DNA of 64,000 nt from the IMG/VR virus record IMGVR_UViG_3300028800_000010, positions 2,637 through 66,636 of that record; one strand, given 5' to 3'. The notes beneath the pieces are model-generated. The model was not told the DNA's origin. It saw nothing but the letters and a program-made list of their open reading frames with translations, and ran no database searches. Shown in pieces: positions 48,395 to 57,240 of this stretch. This DNA is from a virus. The position numbers and the translations under genes are program-made. The first letter of the stretch is position 1, and each line of letters opens with the position of its first letter.

Positions 48395-48443
48395 TCGAGT
48401 CTCCTTTCTCGTTTAGAGGTGTGTGTAAAGCCCGTCGTGTGGC

Positions 48444-48638
48444 TCATCTGTTGACCCGCATGCGTTCAGTTTCGATCCATAGTTCTGTGCAGGTCGCCTC
48501 AAACCAAGTGATCGTGCCATCGGTGGCGTTCGTAGCGCTACGTTCTTTTTGCTCACGATAATCGGCGTCATCGAAGTAGCGAATTACCTGTTTGGCAAGC
48601 TCATAGATGCGCTCTTGCTGCTTATTTTGGAAGGTCAT
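48444..48638 (-). CDS. hypothetical protein
   Basis: First gene after the leftward promoter. Confidence 0.5.
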   Translation of the reverse strand: MTFQNKQQERIYELAKQVIRYFDDADYREQKERSATNATDGTITWFEATCTELWIETERMRVNR

Positions 48639-48688
48639 CTGTGCTTCTCTTTCTGTGCCGCTGCCATGCGGCTCCCTTAGAACTCTTT

Positions 48689-48750
48689 AATGTAGTGTAA
48701 TTATTGACAAAAAGCAATAACATATTCTAGAAATATGACACGTCGTCATA
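48689..48750. promoter_or_regulatory. divergent promoters with operator copy 4 (48734-48750)
   Basis: Leftward TTGCTT-17-TACATT; rightward TTGACA at 48704; AATATGAC-ACGTC-GTCATATT. Confidence 0.7.
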
Positions 48751-48787
48751 TTCCCGAAGTAACGAAACACATGGAGAGGTTCTCGAA

Positions 48788-50062
48788 ATGGCTGAAGGGC
48801 CGAGAGATGTGGAGGGGCGTGCTCGAGCCGCTATCCTTCTTGGGCGGAGGACGGCATTGGCGCGGCGCAGGTATCAGGCGGGGCAGCTGATCAAGGACGG
48901 CGATCGGTGGGTGGGCCGGTGGCGCGAGGACGTGCGCATGCCCGACGACACGGTCAAGCGCCTGCGCCGCTGGAAGGTGCTGGCCGCGGTTGAGACGACC
49001 ACCAAACGCATGGCCCAGCGGCTGCTCGACGAGCACCTGCGCGCCATCAATCGCGAGGACTACCGGCCGGAGTGGGTTGGCCTGTTCTCGGTTTTCGCCG
49101 ATCGCTGGGAGAAGACGGTCGCCGTCCAGCATAAGCCCAGCTCGCTCGCGAGCGAGAAGAGCGTCCTGAAAGTTCATCTCATCCCGGCCTGGGGCGACCG
49201 CCGGCTGCGCGAGATCACGACCGAGGAGCTGCAGGCATGGGTCGCGGCCGAGACGGGGCGCCTGGCGCCGAAGACCATTCGCAATGTGATGAAGACACTG
49301 AGTTCGATGTGGGCGACAGCCAAGGCCTGGAAGTACGTTGATCACGATCCGCTCGAGGGGCTGGTGCTGCCGCCGATCGTCAAGGGGCACGTCTACTACT
49401 TCACCGTCGACGAGGCCCGGCAGATCATCGAGCGCGCGCCGGCGAAGTGGCGGCTCTTCTTCCGGATCCTCGCTGAGACCGGCATGCGCCCGGGCGAGCT
49501 CGCCGGCTTGACGCGCGCCAACTGCGGCCTGCGCTCGATCGCCGTTACTCAGTCCGTGTGGGCGCGCAAGGTGCAGACCCCGAAGTCGAAGGCCGCGAGC
49601 CGCAAGTTCGCCATCAGCGAAGAGCTGGGCGAAGCGATTCAGACCTTCATCGCGCTCTCAAGCCCGAACGCCTACGACCTGGTGTTCGTCACCGACACGT
49701 GGAGGGTCCAGGCAAACGCCGCAGGGAAGAAGATGCGGCTCAACCAGCACGCGGGAGGCAAGCCCCTGTCGATGGATACGTTCCGCCAGCGTGTGCTCGA
49801 CCCGATCCTCGACGAGCTCGGGATCCGGGCGAAGGTGAAGGCGCTCGGGCTGCGCTGCGGAAACTACGCCTTCCGCCACTTGAACGCGACCCAGATGGAC
49901 CAGTGGGGAACGCCGCTCAAGACCCGGCAGAAGCGGCTCGGCCATTCCGATCCGTCGGTCACGCTCGAGCACTACACCGAGGCGCTCGACGCGGCCGACC
50001 TCGAGGTGGCTGACCGTTTTGGGGAATTGCTCAAACCCGGCCCAGGGGTGACTGTACAGTAG
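48788..50062 (+). CDS. int: tyrosine integrase 1 (adjacent to attP)
   Basis: TGMRPGE, TPKS, YAFRH, LGH, HY catalytic motifs; true start may lie slightly downstream. Confidence 0.9.
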   Translation: MAEGPRDVEGRARAAILLGRRTALARRRYQAGQLIKDGDRWVGRWREDVRMPDDTVKRLRRWKVLAAVETTTKRMAQRLLDEHLRAINREDYRPEWVGLFSVFADRWEKTVAVQHKPSSLASEKSVLKVHLIPAWGDRRLREITTEELQAWVAAETGRLAPKTIRNVMKTLSSMWATAKAWKYVDHDPLEGLVLPPIVKGHVYYFTVDEARQIIERAPAKWRLFFRILAETGMRPGELAGLTRANCGLRSIAVTQSVWARKVQTPKSKAASRKFAISEELGEAIQTFIALSSPNAYDLVFVTDTWRVQANAAGKKMRLNQHAGGKPLSMDTFRQRVLDPILDELGIRAKVKALGLRCGNYAFRHLNATQMDQWGTPLKTRQKRLGHSDPSVTLEHYTEALDAADLEVADRFGELLKPGPGVTVQ

Positions 50063-50071
50063 GAGGATCGT

Positions 50072-50497
50072 GTGATGGTTCGGAATCGTGCTGCTGCTGT
50101 GGCTCTAAACTTGCTGCTTCTGATGGTTTTCTCAGGGTCCGTCTATGCGTCAAAGCCCGACGCCAACTGGCAGACGGCGAAGCTTATCTCGTTCAATCAG
50201 CAGGACGTGACCGAGTCCGGCACGGCCCAGACAACGGGTACCCTGAACAGCGACGGCAGCTATTCGGCGCATACGGTCGCCCAGGACCGGGACTACGTCG
50301 ATTGCACCGTGGTGATCGACGACGGGAAGATGCTCTATTACGGCCAGGAGACGCTCCGGTTCGCCTGGTCGCACACGCCCCAGTTCACCGAAAATGAGAC
50401 GGTGAAGTACACGCTCAAGGGCGATCACCTCACCGTGATCGACGATGTGGGCAAGGAGATCAAGCTGAAGCTGGTCAAGCGCCGCATCAAAGAATGA
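50072..50497 (+). CDS. secreted protein (moron between int and attP)
   Basis: GGAGG RBS; signal peptide. Confidence 0.65.
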   Translation: MMVRNRAAAVALNLLLLMVFSGSVYASKPDANWQTAKLISFNQQDVTESGTAQTTGTLNSDGSYSAHTVAQDRDYVDCTVVIDDGKMLYYGQETLRFAWSHTPQFTENETVKYTLKGDHLTVIDDVGKEIKLKLVKRRIKE

Positions 50498-50502
50498 GGG
50501 TT

Positions 50503-50789
50503 TTGGACGGACATTGGACGGAAAATGACATTTTAAATTATGTAAGTTATTGATTTTATGGTTGCGGGGGCTGGATTTGAACCAGCGACCTTTGGGTTAT
50601 GAGCCCAACGCAATCCTAAGCTAACCATTTTGTTTTCAGATGTCAATTACAATTGACACACCACCATAAAGGGTTAAGTTTGGACGGCAGTTGGACAGAG
50701 CGAAGTCTAAACGGCTGAGTCGGTTCAAAATGCCACGGCACCTTTCTTCGGAACGCACTCCCGCCCATTCTGGACGGGAAGTTGGACGT
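50503..50789. mobile_element. attP region with arm-type repeats and IHF-like site
   Basis: TTGGACGG pairs at 50503/50514, 50680/50691 and 50770/50782; TAAGTTATTGATT IHF consensus match at ~50543-50555. Confidence 0.8.
50559..50610 (-). tRNA. 3' fragment of initiator tRNA-Met(CAT), the att core; not a complete tRNA
   Basis: Reverse complement TTGGGCTCATAACCCAAAGGTCGCTGGTTCAAATCCAGCCCCCGCAACCA: GGG/CCC anticodon stem, T-arm, CCA; 5' half absent. Confidence 0.9.
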
Positions 50790-50795
50790 GAAAGT

Positions 50796-51533
50796 TTAGC
50801 TGTCTTTTCCCTTCCCCGGCTCGTTGCGCGGGCGGCCCAGTTTGGGCATGAACCCGTCAGGAATAGGGGTCCTCTCGGCGCTCACGGTGCCGGAGATGGC
50901 GCGCAGCTGCATGACGTAGCCCACGCCCTTCTTGAGCCAGGCGCGCTGGTCGGCCGAGGAGTCGAGCTTCGCTTCGCGCAGGAGGCGCCTGGTGGTGATG
51001 ACGAAGACCCGGAGGGCGTCATCGTTGTCGAGTTGGAGCGATACCCGTTTGCGGCGCTTCGATCGCCGGCTGCGCAGCTCCTCAGAGACCTTGTTGCGCC
51101 ACGGGTCGAGGACCTTCTTGTCGGCCGACTTCGGCGCCGGCAGGGCTTTGAGGACCGGCACGAGCTCCTTCGGCTGGAGCGTGTTGTTCACGCCGGCGAG
51201 GCCTTCCTGGGCGAGGTAGAGGATGGCGGGCTCGGACGCCATGCCCCTGAGCTCTTTGTAGGAAGCGAGCCACCGGTAGGCTGTCCGTTCGCTTGACCCG
51301 AAGCAGGTCCGGACCCAGTTGGTGAAGGTCATGGACTTGCCTTCGAGAAATGCCTGGATCTGGGCCAGCTCGGCGCAGCAGAGAATGGCCTTCAACCCAC
51401 TTTCCCGGTAGTTGTTCAGGGCATTCGACGTGTGCTCCTGAAGCCACTCCCGGTCGTTTGCGGCGAGCGCGACCCACCCCGGTGTATGGGGGAGCTGCTC
51501 GACGAAGATTTCAATTTCCTTGCCTGTTGCCAT
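50796..51533 (-). CDS. DUF3102-like putative DNA-binding protein
   Basis: AAGGAG RBS; F..W....F..SERTAYRW HTH-like motif. Confidence 0.6.
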   Translation of the reverse strand: MATGKEIEIFVEQLPHTPGWVALAANDREWLQEHTSNALNNYRESGLKAILCCAELAQIQAFLEGKSMTFTNWVRTCFGSSERTAYRWLASYKELRGMASEPAILYLAQEGLAGVNNTLQPKELVPVLKALPAPKSADKKVLDPWRNKVSEELRSRRSKRRKRVSLQLDNDDALRVFVITTRRLLREAKLDSSADQRAWLKKGVGYVMQLRAISGTVSAERTPIPDGFMPKLGRPRNEPGKGKDS

Positions 51534-51692
51534 GGTGCTCCTTCGAAAGTTGTAATCCCAGAGGTGCTTACTATGATCTAACATAGTTTTCCACAAAAAT
51601 CCCACAAATCCGCGGTTTTGGAGAATTGACACAGGATCGTGTTGATTAGTAAATTATGTGGTATTTTGTAAATAACTCGGAGGGTATTAACC

Positions 51693-51878
51693 GTGACCGA
51701 ACGTCGAGTAAACGTAGGGATCCGCGAGTCGTACCACAAGCAGTTATTGGAGTTGGGGGAGGTCACGGGTCACAAGGTGACGGCCCTGGTCGACCGCGCC
51801 GTCAAGAACATGCTCGAAACGGAGGCCCCGGTGTGGCGCCGGGCCGCCAAGGAACTTGAGAAGAAACGCCGCAGCTAG
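51693..51878 (+). CDS. ribbon-helix-helix regulator, divergent from 50796-51533
   Basis: GGAGG RBS; beta-strand RVNVGI plus two helices. Confidence 0.6.
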   Translation: MTERRVNVGIRESYHKQLLELGEVTGHKVTALVDRAVKNMLETEAPVWRRAAKELEKKRRS

Positions 51879-51981
51879 GCTTCCCCGCCCCGCTCTCACA
51901 TTCAAACTTCCCCTACTCCAGGCCTCGGAGTTTCCCCGATACGGCCAGCCGAGAGCAGAACCCTGCCTAAGCCCCAAGCCA

Positions 51982-51998
51982 TCTGACACCTTGTCATA
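51982..51998. promoter_or_regulatory. operator copy 5 (TCTGAC-ACCTT-GTCATA)
   Basis: One mismatch to consensus; intergenic between convergent genes. Confidence 0.55.
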
Positions 51999-52000
51999 TT

Positions 52001-52540
52001 TCAGCAGTAGATGTTCGCGATGTGTTCGGCGAGCGCCGGCGGGATCGCGGCGCGCAGGTCCTTCTGTTTCGAGCCGTATGACTCTTTCTTTCGGAACCGC
52101 TCCGGCTGGAAGGGCGGCATAAGGATGGGGACCGCGTCACCCCAGAGATAGAACGGTCCGAAGTGCCAGCGGGCGGGTCCATGCCACTTCTGGGCGCTCT
52201 GGATATTCTCTAGCAGAAGAGGCGCTCCCGCCTCTTCTGCTAGACGCTCGCATTGATGCCAGAGTTCGAGGTTTGGTTCGGGCGGGTTCTTTGCGCGCGT
52301 CCACGGCATTGTGAACCGCGCGTATTCGTCGCATGGCGGAGATGCCAGCACGATGCGCGTGCGTCCTCGGAACTGCCGTCCGTCGACCTGACAGATGTCC
52401 TCGAGCCGATGGTCGACGCCGGCCGGTACTCGCGCATGCCGATAGAGGTCGAAGCCCACAACCCGGTACCCGCGTTCGAGCCAGGGAAGTGACCAGCTGC
52501 ACGTTCCGCAGCAGAGATCGAGGACGGTATCGGCGCTCAT
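52001..52540 (-). CDS. short C5-cytosine methyltransferase-like protein
   Basis: DLCCG (motif I-like), ASPPC (IV), EN (VI); no obvious TRD. Confidence 0.7.
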   Translation of the reverse strand: MSADTVLDLCCGTCSWSLPWLERGYRVVGFDLYRHARVPAGVDHRLEDICQVDGRQFRGRTRIVLASPPCDEYARFTMPWTRAKNPPEPNLELWHQCERLAEEAGAPLLLENIQSAQKWHGPARWHFGPFYLWGDAVPILMPPFQPERFRKKESYGSKQKDLRAAIPPALAEHIANIYC

Positions 52541-52671
52541 GAACCAAAATCATAACTCAATTATTTTCAATACGCGGGAATTTTCCATACCTAGACACAC
52601 CCGGTTATTGACACGGCGTGTTATATTTCCATTTGAATTTTCCCCGAAACAAATTGGTGTACACGGAGGGA

Positions 52672-52998
52672 ATGCCGATGACGACCACGGAAGCCGCCAG
52701 CCGCGCCATGGCCGAGGCGGTTCAAATCTGCCGCAGGGAAGGCCTTTCGTTCGATGACACGGTTGATCTCGCGCGCCACCACGGCATCGAGCTCGCCCTG
52801 CGCCAGAATCGCGAGAACCAGTGCAAGGCCGCAGCCGAGCTGCACATGCACAGGAACACGCTCGGCCGGCTGATGCAGCAGCTGGGCGTGCCCAAGCACA
52901 CGATGAGCAGGGGCCGCACGCGGAAACAAGCCGCGGCCGAGAAGCTCCAGTCAATTGACCAGTATCTGCACGGGCCGCAGAAGCAGGCGCAAGGATGA
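52672..52998 (+). CDS. Fis-family HTH protein
   Basis: IELAL..N..NQCKAA.EL.MHRNTL.R. Confidence 0.8.
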   Translation: MPMTTTEAASRAMAEAVQICRREGLSFDDTVDLARHHGIELALRQNRENQCKAAAELHMHRNTLGRLMQQLGVPKHTMSRGRTRKQAAAEKLQSIDQYLHGPQKQAQG

Positions 52999-53282
52999 AG
53001 ATCAAGCGTTGGGTTGATATCGATGCGCGCATTGGCGACGGGCGCACCGTCCGCCTGCAAGAAGAGATCGAGTTCGAAATCTCGGGCGCAGAGGCGATGA
53101 TGAGCGTTTTTGCCGATAGCGAAGGGCGGGAGGTGACCGAGCGGAATCTCAAGGCTCTGCTGAACAACTTCGCAGCGTTCATCAAAAACGTCCCCGACGC
53201 TGAAATCGCAAGGCTCTCGCCTGAGCTCCGGCTGATGGTCGTTGGTTTCCTCGAGGGAAGTGCGAAGAGGTTCCAGCCTTGA
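52995..53282 (+). CDS. hypothetical protein
   Basis: ATGA coupling. Confidence 0.55.
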   Translation: MKIKRWVDIDARIGDGRTVRLQEEIEFEISGAEAMMSVFADSEGREVTERNLKALLNNFAAFIKNVPDAEIARLSPELRLMVVGFLEGSAKRFQP

Positions 53283-53383
53283 AGCTGACCCGCAATCCCT
53301 GGGCGATCGCAGCCATTCTTTGGTGCCTGATTGGTATTGGGCTTTCCGCCTATGCGTTTTGGAGTGGGTGGGCGCATCTATGA
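53279..53383 (+). CDS. 34-aa membrane peptide (MKLTRNPWAIAAILWCLIGIGLSAYAFWSGWAHL)
   Basis: TTGA and ATGA coupling at both ends; hydrophobic. Confidence 0.45.
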   Translation: MKLTRNPWAIAAILWCLIGIGLSAYAFWSGWAHL

Positions 53384-54531
53384 AGCTGACCGAGAGCCGC
53401 GTCGCGAGCCTGCGCGCCAAGCGCAAGCGCTTTGCCGTCTCTGCCGGCGGAGGCCTCCAGTTGGTTGTGATGCCGAGCGGGCGGAAGTCCTGGATCTTCC
53501 GGTACCGGCTGGCCCGGCAGAACCGGAGCATCAAGCTCGGCACCTGGCCGGCGATGAAACTCGCAAAAGCTCGCGCCCTCGCGGCGACGGCAAAGGCTGA
53601 AGCCGAGGTCGGGATCGTCCCCTCGTTCAATGGCCTGCATCACATCCCCGTCACGGTGAAGGCCTTCGGCGAGCGCTGGCTCAAGGACGTCGTCGACAAG
53701 GTACGCAAGAACCCGCGGCCCGTCGAGCGGCAGCTTGAGCGCGCGGTCTATCCCGCCTTCGGCCGCTGGCCCATTCGTCGCGTGGGCGTCGAGCATGTGC
53801 GGAACCTGATCTTCGCGCTGCGCGATCGCGGGCTGCCCGAAGCCGCGGCTTCGCTTCGCCACACGCTGAAGCGGCTGTTTGATTACGCTGTGGCCTGCGA
53901 GGCGACCGAGGGCAACCCGGTGCGCGCGATTCCGCTCAAGTTTGTGACCGTGCACCGGGCGCGCAACCGGGCGCTGTCGGAGCGCGAGCTGAAGCAGTTT
54001 CTGCATCGGTTGCGCGATCCGAAGCTGAAGCACCTGGGCTGGGCTCTTGATCTGATGCTCCTGACGCTCTGCCGCAAGAGCGAGCTGCGGCTCGCGCGCT
54101 GGGAGCACATCGACTTCGACAAGCACATCTGGGAGATCCCGGCCGAGAACTCGAAGACCGGCGTGCCGCACATCGTTTACCTGAGCCACCAGGCCGAGGT
54201 CCTCTTCCGGTGTCTCAAAGGCGCCGCCGGTCGCGCCGAGTACGTGCTGCCGAAGCGCGATGCGATCAAGGTGCCGATCGACGCAGCCACGCTCAACAAG
54301 GCTGTAACTCGGGTGAAGTGGGGCATCCCGCACTGGGTACCCCATGACCTGCGGAGGACCGCGTCGACGCTCTTGAATGAGCAGGGCTACAACCGCGACG
54401 TGATCGAGAAGGCTTTGAACCACGGCATGGCTGGCGTGCGGGGAACCTACAACCGTGCCGAGTATCGCGAGGAGCGCACGCGCATGCTCGAGGCGTGGGC
54501 CGATTACCTGGAGGGACTGAAAGATGCGTGA
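53380..54531 (+). CDS. tyrosine integrase 2 (P4-like, arm-binding N-domain)
   Basis: GGGL.L.V.PSG.KSW.FRY; CRKSE, SKT, HDLRR, NH, YNR motifs. Confidence 0.9.
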   Translation: MKLTESRVASLRAKRKRFAVSAGGGLQLVVMPSGRKSWIFRYRLARQNRSIKLGTWPAMKLAKARALAATAKAEAEVGIVPSFNGLHHIPVTVKAFGERWLKDVVDKVRKNPRPVERQLERAVYPAFGRWPIRRVGVEHVRNLIFALRDRGLPEAAASLRHTLKRLFDYAVACEATEGNPVRAIPLKFVTVHRARNRALSERELKQFLHRLRDPKLKHLGWALDLMLLTLCRKSELRLARWEHIDFDKHIWEIPAENSKTGVPHIVYLSHQAEVLFRCLKGAAGRAEYVLPKRDAIKVPIDAATLNKAVTRVKWGIPHWVPHDLRRTASTLLNEQGYNRDVIEKALNHGMAGVRGTYNRAEYREERTRMLEAWADYLEGLKDA

Positions 54532-54949
54532 ACCGACAAGCGAGGCGATTCTGCAGTCTATTCCATGGCGATGCTTTCATTGCGACTTCATCACCATGGA
54601 CCGAGAGGCCGCAGCGGCCCATTTTGGAGATCGCGATGACGCCGAGGAATTCAAGCCGGTCTGTAAGTGGTGGGCTCGCATGGATGATCACGAGCGGTTG
54701 GAAACGTTGCAGGACACTCTTCGAGAGCTGAACAAAGGCGCCGAGGAGAACATGCGATTGCTCACTCGGATTGAAGGGTTGGAGCATCAGGTTCATTCGC
54801 AGCAGAGTGCGGTACAGGGCTATAAGCCGTTTCGCGAGTGCCGCTCCATTTACGACGTGTTCTGTCTCTACGACAGCATGGAAGGGCGGGCCCTGGCTGC
54901 TGAAGAAAGGCTCGCCGAGAGAGAGGACCGCACCAATGTGGGCACTTAG
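54524..54949 (+). CDS. zinc-finger/coiled-coil protein
   Basis: WRCFHC...A..HFG. Confidence 0.65.
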   Translation: MREPTSEAILQSIPWRCFHCDFITMDREAAAAHFGDRDDAEEFKPVCKWWARMDDHERLETLQDTLRELNKGAEENMRLLTRIEGLEHQVHSQQSAVQGYKPFRECRSIYDVFCLYDSMEGRALAAEERLAEREDRTNVGT

Positions 54950-55391
54950 TCTCTGGGAACCGCATGCGACGGCGATCGCCGCGGGGATCAAGAAATACGA
55001 GACGCGCGGCTGGAGCCTTGAAGCGCAGTACATCGGCGTGCCGATTGCGATTCACGGCTCGAAGAAGGAGTTCCGCGAGCGCGACGTGGGCTTCGAGTAC
55101 TTCAAGGAAGCGCGCGAGCGGCTGCGCGCGGCGGGCGTGCCCTTGAGCCGGCTGAGTTATGGCCGCGTGGTCTGCATCGTGACGTTCACGGCGAGCCTGC
55201 GCACGCACACCGTTCGGCAGGTAGAGAGGGATTTGTTCTGGGGCGACTTCCGCGATGTGGGCGACGACGGCCGGCAACGGTTCGCCTTCAAGATCGACGA
55301 CGTGCGCAACATCCCGTTTGAGCAGCGCCCGGCGATTGTCGGCCGGCAGAAGTTTTTTCAGGTGCCCAACGAGATTGGGCTGTGGGGGTAG
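54936..55391 (+). CDS. ASCH domain protein
   Basis: ALSL.EP.A..I..G.K.YETR.W...IAIH. Confidence 0.85.
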   Translation: MWALSLWEPHATAIAAGIKKYETRGWSLEAQYIGVPIAIHGSKKEFRERDVGFEYFKEARERLRAAGVPLSRLSYGRVVCIVTFTASLRTHTVRQVERDLFWGDFRDVGDDGRQRFAFKIDDVRNIPFEQRPAIVGRQKFFQVPNEIGLWG

Positions 55392-55393
55392 GG

Positions 55394-55933
55394 ATGGAAC
55401 ACGCAAAGGATTTTCCGGACAACCTTCTTCACATTCGTGCTCGCATCGAACAGGCGATGGGCACAGCCTGGATGGAAAGTCGAAGGATACTGACCACGGC
55501 CGCACTGTTCGATCAGTTCATTGAGGCTCCGAGGACGCGCGGCGGGCGGTGCTGGAATCTGGAGCTGCCAGCGCCCTCAACGAAGAAGTACTGGCTGAAC
55601 TACTCGGACCTGATTGCGGCCTTTGCCGCGGGCCTCCTGCGTTCGCATCGCTGGCGCCGCGGCGTGCGGCTATGCCCGTACTACGAAGAGCGCGTGAACT
55701 TGTTCGCCCAAGAGGTCATGGCGATATGGCCGCCGGCAATCAGTGCTGAAGTATCGCTGATCGAGGTCGAACTCGGCCACTTTAACGAATTCGTGGAACA
55801 CTTCTTGAAGACCCGCTGCCCCGACTGGGGATACGTGACAGGGCCGAACTTCGATCTCGACGGGACGAGGTTGGACGTCCTTCAGGAGCTGCGGCGCAAC
55901 ATCGAGCAATTCGAGGGAAAACCATGCCCATGA
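55394..55933 (+). CDS. hypothetical protein
   Basis: Operon packing. Confidence 0.55.
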   Translation: MEHAKDFPDNLLHIRARIEQAMGTAWMESRRILTTAALFDQFIEAPRTRGGRCWNLELPAPSTKKYWLNYSDLIAAFAAGLLRSHRWRRGVRLCPYYEERVNLFAQEVMAIWPPAISAEVSLIEVELGHFNEFVEHFLKTRCPDWGYVTGPNFDLDGTRLDVLQELRRNIEQFEGKPCP

Positions 55934-56175
55934 CACACACGCACACTTACGTGACGTTGGAAATCAGCGAAGCCGCTTACGAAGAGATTCGCGCGAAGTT
56001 GTTCGCGGCCGAATCGGATATAGGCTTTCTATCGCGAACTCGCAGAGGTGACAAAGGAACGGGGCCGATTGACATGAGCGGCATCGCGGTGATTCCTGCC
56101 GGGCCTCCACCGCCGACGAATGGGCCGGGGCCTGCAGAGCCGCCGAGACCTCCGCGTGATCGAGGGGTGCGCTGA
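55924..56175 (+). CDS. hypothetical phage protein
   Basis: THTY..LE.S.AAY.EI..KL pattern. Confidence 0.6.
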   Translation: MPMTHTHTYVTLEISEAAYEEIRAKLFAAESDIGFLSRTRRGDKGTGPIDMSGIAVIPAGPPPPTNGPGPAEPPRPPRDRGVR

Positions 56176-56357
56176 TGGCAAGACACGAAGTACAGTGGGT
56201 GAAGATCGGCGACAAGGAAATTCCGGCCTACAAGGTCATTTGCCTGGAGTGCAACAAGCTGCAACTGGCGACCGATTTCCGGACCGATGTGATGCCCTGG
56301 ATTGCGACCTGCCCGCTGGGTCACGTGTTTGAAGTCGATCCGCGCGAGGATGCCTGA
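56175..56357 (+). CDS. small zinc-ribbon protein
   Basis: CLEC...CPLGH; TGATG coupling. Confidence 0.55.
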   Translation: MARHEVQWVKIGDKEIPAYKVICLECNKLQLATDFRTDVMPWIATCPLGHVFEVDPREDA

Positions 56358-56755
56358 TGGCCGAGATCATCAAAACGTGGCCGAGCGTGGTCTCGGCGAA
56401 GACCACGGCGCAGATCTTCTCGCCGACCGCGCCGCCCTTCTCGCGCTACTACTTTTCGCTCGGGCGCGGCAAGCCGAAGCAGCCGATCGCGTGGATGTGG
56501 TTTACCTACGGCGGCCGGATCCTCGGGCGCATGGAGATCGAAGAGGTTGTTTGTAACGATGGCACGCTTCCGAAGCTCAGCCGGCTCGATGGCGGCGAAA
56601 GCGGGTGGCAGATTACGAAAGACGCATGGGTCGCCATCTGCGCGCCCCCTTGCCTGCGCATCAAGGAGCGTGTGTTTCATGAGAGTTTTCGCGGCTGGCG
56701 CTACTTCGATTTTGTTGCGTACTGCCAGAATCCGGCGTCGCGGCACAGGCTGTAA
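56357..56755 (+). CDS. hypothetical protein
   Basis: TGATG coupling; FRGWRY. Confidence 0.6.
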   Translation: MAEIIKTWPSVVSAKTTAQIFSPTAPPFSRYYFSLGRGKPKQPIAWMWFTYGGRILGRMEIEEVVCNDGTLPKLSRLDGGESGWQITKDAWVAICAPPCLRIKERVFHESFRGWRYFDFVAYCQNPASRHRL

Positions 56756-57240
56756 GTAGCGCTTCGAAGGGGTTTTGGTGAATAACCCGGTGTTTGATCA
56801 AGAGGGCCTCGACCAGATGAATCACACCCGGAAAGAACAGCGACTGCACGCTATGAAGTTAGCGCGAATTCAGGTTTTATGCTTGAGCGGGATTTGTACC
56901 CTTTGTACACAGGAAAATCACAGGGCGGGAAAAGGTTACTTGACTTTCGAATGACGTCGAAGTATTCGTATAGCGGGGGAAACCTGTGGGGGGAAGGGGG
57001 CTTTGAGTTCAAGCCTCTCTTCGAAGTAAGTCTGTTTTCCTTCTTTGATCCCAGGCTGGCCCGGCCAGCAACCCCGTTCTGCTGCCGTTTGCGCCCAGTG
57101 CGCGTGTACCGTTCGACAAGTTGGGGTAGCGCAGAAGCGGGGAACCAGGCCGAGGCGTGCCGGGTTCCAGTCGCGCCAGGGGTCGGCCAAAGTGGACCCT
57201 CAAAACGCCAATCGGAAGCCGTAGGCATCTCTTGAGCCAG

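Noticed and set aside
50559-50610. Functional phage tRNA-Met gene
   Set aside because: The 5' acceptor strand and D-arm are missing; it is the att core
51570-51608. dif-like site (ATCTAACATAG) and DnaA-like box TTTTCCACA
   Set aside because: No matching XerC arm; a single box in an AT-rich promoter region is too weak to call
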